Source of the DNA: Pseudomonadota bacterium
GTDB lineage: Bacteria > Bdellovibrionota_B > Oligoflexia > Oligoflexales > CAIYRB01
Direction of reading: 5' to 3'
DNA: 50,056 nucleotides
Assembly (NCBI GenBank): GCA_031416315.1
Contig: JANOTL010000047.1
Location: 1-50,056, forward strand
The position numbers and the translations under genes were made by a program. The notes under the pieces were generated by a model. It saw nothing but the letters and a program-made list of their open reading frames with translations. It ran no database searches and was not told where the DNA came from. Every line of letters begins with the position of its first letter. The first letter of the stretch is position 1. This document shows positions 9,647 to 17,805 of this stretch, piece by piece.

Positions 9647-10765
9647 TCAACGCCGCGCCTCCGCCAAAGCCCGCTGCGCCGCTCCCGCCAACCAAACCGG
9701 CAACGCCGCCCCTTCCAGCTTCTGCCGCGTTTCGCTCCAAACCTCCGCCGGCGCCTCCCGCGCCAACCGCCCGACCACCGCCTCCAAAGCCCTCGGCGAC
9801 AAAGTCGCGGGCGTCGCCGCGAGCGTCGCCAACGCCTCCACGCTCATGCCCGGATGCATCGCGATCAGCCGTGCCTGCGTCGCCAGCGGCAAGCTCGAAA
9901 GCCGCTTCGCATCGAGCGGCGCCCCGGTCGCAATGATCTCGTCCGCATGGGCGGCCGCCACCAGCTCCTGCCCGCTCAAGGCCGGCTCCAGCGTCGCGTC
10001 CCCATAAACGAGGCCCGCGCGCCGCAGTTTCTCGAAGTCGACGCCTTCGGCGGCGAGCTTCGCCTTGGGCCGCTTCTTCTTCCGCGACAGCTCCAAAAGG
10101 ATCGCGAAGGTCGCGGCCGTCTCCGCGTCGCCCGGCACGACGGGCTCGCCCTCGCTCGCCGCTGAGGCCTCGAAAAGCACGTACCGTAGGCGCTCGCGGT
10201 CCAGCGCCCAAGGCGAGTCGGCGGACAGCTCGGCCAGCTCCATCATCACCGTCCGCACCGCTTGATCGAGCCCGCCCGCGTAAGCCGGCACCTCCGCGGA
10301 CATCGCGCTGGCGCCCGCGATCGCCCGCTTCAAGCCGGCGATCAGGCCGTCGCCGAGCCCGAGGTCCAAGGCGAGCTCGGCCTCGTCGCTGGTGGTCGCG
10401 GTAAGGACGAAGACGTAGCGCAGAAATTGATGGCCTTGATCGGCGTCAACCGCGACCGCATCGACGGCGACGACGTCCACGAGCTCGCGGGCCGAAGACG
10501 CGGCAAGCCGGTATTCCGCGGACAGGAAGCCGGCGAGCGCTTCGCGGAACGACGCGGCGCGCACCCAAGCGCGATGCCGCACGAGCGCGTAAACGAGGTC
10601 CAACTCGAGCGCGCCGCGTAAAGTCGTCGTCATCGTCAGGAACGCGGGGCCGTCCTTCAGCGCTTCGTGCGCTGCGTGCGCGAGGGCGGCCGAATCGACC
10701 GCGCCGGGCCGCGCGGTCAGGCGGCCGAGGCGCTCGAGCTTGGCTTGAAGACGGGCGAGGCTCAT
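9647..10765 (-). CDS. Hypothetical protein
   Basis: ATG 10765 with AGGAG RBS; genome-like codon usage except at the 3' end; no family recognised. Confidence 0.7.
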   Translation of the reverse strand: MSLARLQAKLERLGRLTARPGAVDSAALAHAAHEALKDGPAFLTMTTTLRGALELDLVYALVRHRAWVRAASFREALAGFLSAEYRLAASSARELVDVVAVDAVAVDADQGHQFLRYVFVLTATTSDEAELALDLGLGDGLIAGLKRAIAGASAMSAEVPAYAGGLDQAVRTVMMELAELSADSPWALDRERLRYVLFEASAASEGEPVVPGDAETAATFAILLELSRKKKRPKAKLAAEGVDFEKLRRAGLVYGDATLEPALSGQELVAAAHADEIIATGAPLDAKRLSSLPLATQARLIAMHPGMSVEALATLAATPATLSPRALEAVVGRLAREAPAEVWSETRQKLEGAALPVWLAGAAQRALAEARR

Positions 10766-10884
10766 GAGCTTCTCCTTTGGGCACAAGGACCAAAATGCGG
10801 CAGGGTCCCAGGACGAACCGGGGGATAGGCCGGCGCACGGTCCCAGTATAGCACGGCTCCGCGTCCTGCAAGCACTCGGGACCT

Positions 10885-10912
10885 TTAAGAATTTGCCACC
10901 TTCGCCCGATCA
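10885..10912 (+). promoter_or_regulatory. Putative sigma28 promoter of the giant TPR gene
   Basis: TTAAG-N15-CCCGATCA followed by a GGAG RBS. Confidence 0.5.
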
Positions 10913-10930
10913 GCTTCCGGGGAGACTTGC

Positions 10931-13900
10931 TTGCCCACGGACCAGGACAAATTACTCGAGAGCTGGCTGCGCCGTCTCGGCTTCGAGGCCGAGGCGAGGC
11001 CGTCGCTCGCATTGTGGCGTTTACCTCTGCTCGTGCGCGTCGACGCCGAAACGTCGCCGCGCAAGGTGCGCGGGCCGCGCCGTGTGCGCTTGCCGTGGCA
11101 ACTCACGAGCTTGGAGCTAGCCGAGCGCAAGGGCACGCTGGCCTTGAGCCGCCTCGGGCTCGAGCTTGCGCGCGATGCGCTGCTGGCCAACCTGCACATC
11201 GTCACGCGCAAATTCTTCGGACCGCGCACGAATGCCGAGTTCGTTTGCGAAAGCGGCGGCGCGATCTGGTGCCTCTTCGAGTTCACGCGCCCCGGCTCCC
11301 GCGACCGCGCTCGGGACCAGGCGGGCACCGAGACGCCGCCCGCCTCCGCCGCGGGCGAGCTCCTGCCGCACGGCGTCGCCGGCTTCAGCTTCCGCATCTC
11401 CACCACGGGCGCGCAGGCCGCGATCGTCGTCGCGGATTACTTCGGCTTCGGCTACGTCCCCTCCGCCTTTTCGGCGGCACCCCTGCGCATCGTCGCCGAC
11501 GCCTTGGGCCTGAAAGGCCTGGCCGACCGCGTCGGCGCGCCGCTGAAATCCCGCTCGATCTACGAGCTCGCCTTCTCGCTCGCGGATCCGGCGCTGGCCG
11601 TGCTGGCGATGCGCACCGAGGAAAACGGCGAGACCGCGCAAGCGCTCGCGGAGATCCGCTTGGCTTTGGCGCAGCCGCGCGCCCCGATCAGCTCGGCGCT
11701 CCTCGACACCGCCGCCGGCTGGGAGGTGCTCGCGCCCTTCGACGAGGTTGACCGGCGCGCCGTCTCGTCGGAGACGAGCTTCGTCCCGCTCGAGGTGTTG
11801 GAGTCGCGCGAGCGCGGCGAACGCTGCCGCCCGATCGACCAGCTGATCCAAGCCGGAAAGCTCGGCCTAGCCGGCGTGCGCGCGCGCGAGCGTCTGATCG
11901 ACGAGCCGCAGAGCCTCTACCTTATGCGCCGCCTTTCTCTCGTCGGCCTCTCCAGCCAGCCCGCGGACGAAAGCTACGAATTCCTCGGCAAGGCGCTCGA
12001 GACCGAGCCGCGCAACAAGCTCTTCCTCTCGTTCGGCATCAACCGCGCGCTGGAAGCGGGCGATCAAGCCCGCGTCCTCGAGCTCCTCTCGCGTCTCGGC
12101 GCCGAGCTGATGGGCGGGATCCGCGGCGCCGACGCGCTCAGCTGTTTCGACCTCGTCCTTCCCGAGCTCCTGGGCGACGCTTGGGCAGCCGAGGACCGGC
12201 GCAAGGCCGAAGAGTGCTACAACCGCGTCATCCAGCGTCGCGGCGACCTGCCGCGCATCCTGCGGAAGCTCATCGGCTTGTCGAAGATCGGCGGCCGTCC
12301 CGAGACCGAGATCGCCTACCTGCACCGCCTGGCCAAGGTCGAGCGGCGGCGGATGGAGCTCGCCAAGATTTACTTCCGCTTGGCCGAGCTGCGCTGCGCC
12401 TATAAGACCGGCAAAGAGGAGGCGATCGAGCTCGCGCTCCGCTCGCTGAAGCTCGACCGGGGCCATTGGCGCTCCGCCCTTCTCGCAGCCGAGCTCCTCG
12501 TCGCGGAGAATCGCACCGAAGAGGCGATTCAGCTCCTCGACGGCCTGCTTCGCGACCAATCGGTGCCGCTGACGCCGCGCGCGCGCTCGCGCCTCGAAGG
12601 CATGATCGGCCTCGTCTGGGCGCGGAAGCTGTCGCGGCCCGATCTGGCCGAGACGCGCTTCGAGACGGCCGTCGAGCAGGACCCCGGCCACGTCGAGGCG
12701 CTGCGCGAGCTCGAGGCCATCTACCGGCAGAACGCCAACGTCAAAGGCTTGGTCGGGCTCCTCGAGCGGCAGTTCGACGCCTACGAGAAGCTCGGCGACG
12801 GCGAATCCCTGCGCCGCGTTTTCGACGAGCTCGTGTCGCTCTATCGCGGCATCCTCGGGCAACCGAAGCGCGCCTACGAGCTTTACCAACGCCTTTTGGC
12901 TTCCAACGCCATGGAGCCGGAGGAGGTCGAGCGCGTCCTCGCCTGGCGCGACGTCGAGATCGACTGGACCGACCTCTACCGCCGCCTCGGCGCCAAGCTC
13001 CCCGACATTCAAGCGGGCGAGCGCCGCGGCCGGTTCCACTGCCGTTTGGCCGAAATCTGCCGCGAGAAGCTGCACGACGACGAAGGCGCGGCGAGCCACC
13101 TCATCGATGCGCTCGACGACGGCTGGATCGACACGCAGGGCTTTGCTTTCCTCGTCGAGCGGCTGAGCGCCGCCAGCGATTACCCGCTCCTCGTCCGTTG
13201 CTACGAGCAGCGCCTCGAGCGCGTCGGCGACAAAGGCGAGCGCCGCCGCCTCCTTCTCGAGTTCATCGCCGTCCCGCAGGGCCTCTCCGACGCCAAGCGC
13301 GACCTGCTCGCGATCAAGGCGCACGAGCTCGACCCGACCGAAAGCCGCGTCGTCATGCAGCGGCTCACCTACTATCAGACCGAAGACGACGTCGACGGCG
13401 TCGACCGGGTGCTCGCGCTCGTCCTCGAAGAGAAGAACGTCTCCACCTTTCAGCGCAATCAGTGGCTGAAAGCCGGGCTCGACATCCTGCAGCAATGCCT
13501 CGACGAGCGCCGCTACGAGATCATGGACCGCTGTTACCGCGCTCTCCTCGCCTCCGGCGAGGACCAAGTCGGCACGTTGCAGGAGGCGATCCAGTCGCTG
13601 AAAGGCGGCGCCCAGGTGCAAATGCTCGCCTATTACGCGACGCGCCTCCTCAACGCCGGCTACATCCCGCCGCTCGACGAGAAGACCATGACGCGGCTCC
13701 TCGCCGGTCATGACAAGGATCTCGCTCTCTATCATCAGCTCATGTCCTATAAAGCGCCGGAGCCGCAGATCGCCGCGCAACACGCGCGCACCGCGGCGGC
13801 GATCCTTTCGTCGCGGGAAGGCGAGGAAGCCGCGACCGAGAAGATGCTCGGGCGGGTCTGCACGCTCGTTCCTGTCGCGGACGACGATCTGCAGCAGCTT

Positions 13901-16900
13901 TCAGGCCTGGTCGAGCGCTCCGGCAACTACGCGGCGATGGCGCGCGCCCTGCACAAGCAGGCGGAGGTCGAGGACGAGCGCGGCAGGAAACGCGCCCTCC
14001 TCGAGCGGCTCGGCACCCTCTATTGGAAGAAGATGCGCGACTATCCGCGCGCCCGCGGCATCTACGCCTTGGTGATCCGCCTCGCCGCCGAGCCCTGGAA
14101 GATGCGCCTCATCTTGGCCGAGGTCGAGGCGGAGGCCGGCGACAAGTCGGGGGAGATCCGCGTTCTGTACGAGTTTCTCGCCGACGGCCGCGGCCTGCGC
14201 GAGACCTCCGGCTTGGCGCGCGTCCTGGCGCGCCTCGCCAAGCACGGCGAGAATCCGTCCGCCGTGCTGAAGATCATGCAGCCGCACGTCGACGCCGCCG
14301 TCGCGGCCGCCGATTTCGCGCACGCGGGCCGCCTGGCCCAGTGCCTGCTGAACGGCGGCTTCTCCACCACCGACCTGCACAGAATCGCCTTCCGCGCCGC
14401 CTTCGCCACCGGCGACGACGACCGTGCCATAGAGCACTGGTGGCGCGGCCTGGCCTCCTCGTCGAACAAGGCGAAGGCCAAAACGTACATCGCGGACACG
14501 CGCCTCTTGCTCGAGAAGGAAGGGCGCGCGCCGCTTCTTCTCGCGTGCTTCCAGGCGGCGCTGGCAAACGAGGTCGAGGCGAAGCTCGGGCCGAAGCTGC
14601 GCCAAGAGCTGAACGTGCTTTACGGCTCGCTCCTCTTCGACCTCGATTCGAAGCGTCGCAAGGCGCTCGGCGTATTCCAGGAAGCGTACGACGCGGACGG
14701 CGAGGACAATCGCACGTGGATGCCGCTCTACTTCCTGCTGCTCGAGTTCGGCCAGGCGGAGGATCGCAAGCGTCATCTGGAGGAAATCCTGCCGCGCCTC
14801 GAGCTCGATCCAAGACCCCTTAAGAACTTCCCGATCACCATCGAATCGCTCAGGGCCGAGCTGAAGGAGCTGAACGATCAGAACGTCGAGCTGCTGCAGC
14901 CGGCGAGCGACTATCTGAAGAAAGGTAAAGCCCTCGAGCTGGACGAAGACGACGAAGCCTTGCCGCCGGTGCGGATGCCGGTCGCGAAGGCCGCGACGGC
15001 GGCGGCGCCGCCCGCATCGCGAGCGCCGCTGCCTCTTCCAAAATCCCCCCCGGCTCGCGTTCCCGCTTCAGCCGCAGACGCGGCACCGTCGCGCGCGCCG
15101 TTGCCTTTTCCCGGGTCGCCGGCGGCGCGCGCGCCGGGCGGCGCACCTGATCGCGCGCCCGCGTCTTCTCCCGACGCCGCACCGTCGCGTGCGCCTCTCC
15201 CCTTTCCGGGCGTCGCGCCGTCTGGCGCGCCGCTCCCCTTCCCGGGCGTCGCGTCGTCCGGCGCGCCGCTGCCGTTCCCCGGGGCTGCGCCGGCGGACGC
15301 GCCGCTGCCGTTCCCCGCGGCCGCGACGTATCCAAGCTTCCCCGAGGGCGCGGCCGCCGCGGACCTCGGTGCTCTCGACTTCCAGCCACATGGCGCTCAC
15401 GAAGCCGAAGCCGAATCCGAAGCCGCGATCACGTTCTCACTCGACACCGGCGAATCCGACGTGGCGCAGCTTCCGCAGCTGTCGTTGGCGCCGCCGCTCG
15501 GGGGCGCCTTCTCTCGCGCGGCGGCCGTTCCTCAAGCCGACGGATTTTCCCTCGATCTGGACCTCGGTGCTCCCGCCGAAGAAGTCTCCTCCGTCGGCCT
15601 CTCGCTCGAGCTCGGCGACGCCATGCCGATGCCCTTGCCCGCGTCGACCGCCGCTTCCGCGGCGCCTCCTTCCATGTCCCTCGACCTTGGCGACGTCGTC
15701 AACTTTGACCTCGCCGCGATGGTGCCGCCGACCGGCGCCACTTTCCCGCCGCTCTTGCCCGAGGCCGCGCACGGCGTGCCCGTCTCCGAGCTCGGCCACC
15801 TCCCCGACATCTCGCATCATGACGGCGGCGACGCCAGTGACGAGCCCGTCGGCTTGCCGCCGATCCCCGAGCTTCCGGAGGGCTCGCAGGGCTCGTTCGG
15901 CGACGGCGGCGCCACGGCCGTCGTCGCGCTCCCCGAGCCGCCGACGCATTCGACCGTCTCGAAGCACGGCACGAGCAGTCACCACGAAGACCGCGAAGGC
16001 AGCGCCATCGGCACGGGTTACGGCGCGAGCTCAAGCGACGACCTCGCCGACTGGCGCGCCGCCGTCATCAAGGGCGACTTCAACGCCGAGCTCACCGCCA
16101 ACCTCCTGAGCCAGGCTTTCGCCAGCGAGATCGAGAAGCACCTCGCCATCCAGGCGGTCGCGCTCGTCGCCGGCACCTGCGACGGCCTCGCCAACTGGCA
16201 CTGGCGCGTTTGGCGGAACGCCAACGAGTTCGGTTACCCGCTGAATGGCAAGGACCGCTATCCGGCCGGCATCAGCCCGCAGATCCTGCATTCGTCGCTG
16301 CACAAGCTGCTCATCGCGATTGCGCCGCTTCTCGTCAAGCTTTACCGCGAGCGCTTCACGCTCGACTATCTCTCGCACCGAGCGGGCGTGACCGTTGCCG
16401 CGCTCGAGAGGATGCGTAAGCCCATGTCGTGGCAGACCGGCCTCCTCAACGAGGTCGGTTTCAAGCACTACCTCGCGCGCATCGCCGAGCGCAACTATCG
16501 TGCCTTCAACCTCCCGGGCCTCGGCCCCGAGGTCTTCTACGAAGGCGGAACGCGCTCCATCTACCTCGATGAGACCTATTACCGCAGGGCGCCGCCCAGC
16601 CATCTCTTCCACCGCATCCTCGGCATCCTCTGGTCGGTGCGCATCCACTATTTCGTCCCGCTCGCGCTGCATCCCATGAAGCAGGTGATGCCGGTGCTCT
16701 CCGAGCTACACCAGTACTTCGGCGCGCAGGGCTTCTCGATGCTGAAGACCCGCTTCAAATCGCGCGGCGTCAGCCTATCGAAGCACCTGAACGGCCTCGA
16801 CACGCGCCAGATCAAGAGCCTGTACGAGAAGGTCGGTCTGCCGACCGAGGACGTCGTCACCCAGCTCTACGACGCCATGAAGATCCACATCAACCGCATG

Positions 16901-17053
16901 CTCATCGCCGAGACGCTCGACCTGATCGGCGTCTTCGAGTCGCTGACGAACAAGGATCTGCTGCTCCCCGGCGCGCTGAAGCACAGCCAGATCTACGAGA
17001 TGTCGCCGTACGCGCGCGGTCTTCTCGAGTTCGTTACCAAGCTGAAGATCTAG
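10931..17053 (+). CDS. Giant TPR-repeat protein (2040 aa) with Pro-rich linker and globular C-terminal domain
   Basis: Repeated TPR-like helices (e.g. AETRFETAVEQDPGHVEALRELEAIY); long low-complexity linker; GGAG RBS. Confidence 0.85.
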   Translation: MPTDQDKLLESWLRRLGFEAEARPSLALWRLPLLVRVDAETSPRKVRGPRRVRLPWQLTSLELAERKGTLALSRLGLELARDALLANLHIVTRKFFGPRTNAEFVCESGGAIWCLFEFTRPGSRDRARDQAGTETPPASAAGELLPHGVAGFSFRISTTGAQAAIVVADYFGFGYVPSAFSAAPLRIVADALGLKGLADRVGAPLKSRSIYELAFSLADPALAVLAMRTEENGETAQALAEIRLALAQPRAPISSALLDTAAGWEVLAPFDEVDRRAVSSETSFVPLEVLESRERGERCRPIDQLIQAGKLGLAGVRARERLIDEPQSLYLMRRLSLVGLSSQPADESYEFLGKALETEPRNKLFLSFGINRALEAGDQARVLELLSRLGAELMGGIRGADALSCFDLVLPELLGDAWAAEDRRKAEECYNRVIQRRGDLPRILRKLIGLSKIGGRPETEIAYLHRLAKVERRRMELAKIYFRLAELRCAYKTGKEEAIELALRSLKLDRGHWRSALLAAELLVAENRTEEAIQLLDGLLRDQSVPLTPRARSRLEGMIGLVWARKLSRPDLAETRFETAVEQDPGHVEALRELEAIYRQNANVKGLVGLLERQFDAYEKLGDGESLRRVFDELVSLYRGILGQPKRAYELYQRLLASNAMEPEEVERVLAWRDVEIDWTDLYRRLGAKLPDIQAGERRGRFHCRLAEICREKLHDDEGAASHLIDALDDGWIDTQGFAFLVERLSAASDYPLLVRCYEQRLERVGDKGERRRLLLEFIAVPQGLSDAKRDLLAIKAHELDPTESRVVMQRLTYYQTEDDVDGVDRVLALVLEEKNVSTFQRNQWLKAGLDILQQCLDERRYEIMDRCYRALLASGEDQVGTLQEAIQSLKGGAQVQMLAYYATRLLNAGYIPPLDEKTMTRLLAGHDKDLALYHQLMSYKAPEPQIAAQHARTAAAILSSREGEEAATEKMLGRVCTLVPVADDDLQQLSGLVERSGNYAAMARALHKQAEVEDERGRKRALLERLGTLYWKKMRDYPRARGIYALVIRLAAEPWKMRLILAEVEAEAGDKSGEIRVLYEFLADGRGLRETSGLARVLARLAKHGENPSAVLKIMQPHVDAAVAAADFAHAGRLAQCLLNGGFSTTDLHRIAFRAAFATGDDDRAIEHWWRGLASSSNKAKAKTYIADTRLLLEKEGRAPLLLACFQAALANEVEAKLGPKLRQELNVLYGSLLFDLDSKRRKALGVFQEAYDADGEDNRTWMPLYFLLLEFGQAEDRKRHLEEILPRLELDPRPLKNFPITIESLRAELKELNDQNVELLQPASDYLKKGKALELDEDDEALPPVRMPVAKAATAAAPPASRAPLPLPKSPPARVPASAADAAPSRAPLPFPGSPAARAPGGAPDRAPASSPDAAPSRAPLPFPGVAPSGAPLPFPGVASSGAPLPFPGAAPADAPLPFPAAATYPSFPEGAAAADLGALDFQPHGAHEAEAESEAAITFSLDTGESDVAQLPQLSLAPPLGGAFSRAAAVPQADGFSLDLDLGAPAEEVSSVGLSLELGDAMPMPLPASTAASAAPPSMSLDLGDVVNFDLAAMVPPTGATFPPLLPEAAHGVPVSELGHLPDISHHDGGDASDEPVGLPPIPELPEGSQGSFGDGGATAVVALPEPPTHSTVSKHGTSSHHEDREGSAIGTGYGASSSDDLADWRAAVIKGDFNAELTANLLSQAFASEIEKHLAIQAVALVAGTCDGLANWHWRVWRNANEFGYPLNGKDRYPAGISPQILHSSLHKLLIAIAPLLVKLYRERFTLDYLSHRAGVTVAALERMRKPMSWQTGLLNEVGFKHYLARIAERNYRAFNLPGLGPEVFYEGGTRSIYLDETYYRRAPPSHLFHRILGILWSVRIHYFVPLALHPMKQVMPVLSELHQYFGAQGFSMLKTRFKSRGVSLSKHLNGLDTRQIKSLYEKVGLPTEDVVTQLYDAMKIHINRMLIAETLDLIGVFESLTNKDLLLPGALKHSQIYEMSPYARGLLEFVTKLKI
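15010..15320 (+). repeat. In-frame tandem repeats encoding APLPFPG-like units
   Basis: About six APLP(F/L)P units; the last four have a 36-bp period. Confidence 0.85.
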
Positions 17054-17068
17054 AACCCACGCCGCGAC

Positions 17069-17087
17069 CGGCGCCGCGAAGGCGCCG
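17069..17087. terminator. Hairpin between convergent genes
   Basis: CGGCGCC-GCGAA-GGCGCCG; resembles the hairpins at 148-167 and 5701-5720. Confidence 0.35.
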
Positions 17088-17108
17088 CCGCAGGCGGGCG
17101 AGTCGGTT

Positions 17109-17576
17109 TCAAGGACAGCCGTTGGCTTCGTACCAGTCGGCGTTCTGGCCGGCGATGGTCGCCATCTGCTCCATCTGGGCGAAGGTCTCGGCGCTCATCG
17201 GCAGATCCATCAAACCCGCGTTCCAGGCGAGCGCGACGTTGCCGAGAGCGACGATCGCCCGATCGCAGACGTCCGGATCGCCGTCGGCGAGGTCGGCGTA
17301 GCCGTGGCCGATCTGGCTCGCGATCAGGAAGCAGTCCTTGGCGTGCCACTCGCTCTCGATGGTGAAGAACCGGTCGGAGAGCGTCAGCATCCCGTCCCAA
17401 TCTTGCTTGTCCGCCGCGACCCCCTTCGCGTTGACGAAGGAAATGTTCGCGTTGAAGGTATCGCCTGCGTCGAGGAAGGCGTTGCCTTCGTTGACGAGCG
17501 CCAGGACCTCGTCGTCGATGCCCTGAGCAGGCATCGCCGCGAAGAGCGTGAGCGCGAGAAGAAGCTTGGTGAACAT
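17109..17576 (-). CDS. Secreted acidic helical hypothetical protein
   Basis: ATG 17576 with GGAGG RBS; signal peptide MFTKLLLALTLFAAMPAQG. Confidence 0.8.
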   Translation of the reverse strand: MFTKLLLALTLFAAMPAQGIDDEVLALVNEGNAFLDAGDTFNANISFVNAKGVAADKQDWDGMLTLSDRFFTIESEWHAKDCFLIASQIGHGYADLADGDPDVCDRAIVALGNVALAWNAGLMDLPMSAETFAQMEQMATIAGQNADWYEANGCP

Positions 17577-17738
17577 GAGAGCCTCCACAGTTTTTGTCGC
17601 CTTGCGGCCGGCATACCACGGCTTTGCGCCATGGGTCGAGGTTCGGTGAGAGATTCGCAAGGCCTACGACCAGCGCTTCCAGGGCGAGTCCCCGGACCGT
17701 GAGATAGACCTGGTGATTCCGGTAACTAAGGGATTGCC

Positions 17739-17766
17739 TTAAGCCTCGCGGGTTTTCGGCCGATTG
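17739..17766 (+). promoter_or_regulatory. Putative sigma28 promoter
   Basis: TTAAG-N15-GCCGATTG, about 40 nt before ATG 17806. Confidence 0.6.
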
Positions 17767-17805
17767 CGACCTATCGTCTCGTGACCGAGATCAGGGAGCC
17801 GCGCC

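Noticed and set aside
17590..17640. GGCGCAAAGCC on the minus strand, resembling a c-di-GMP-I riboswitch
   Set aside because: The upstream GGCAAA/GAAA-tetraloop stem is missing
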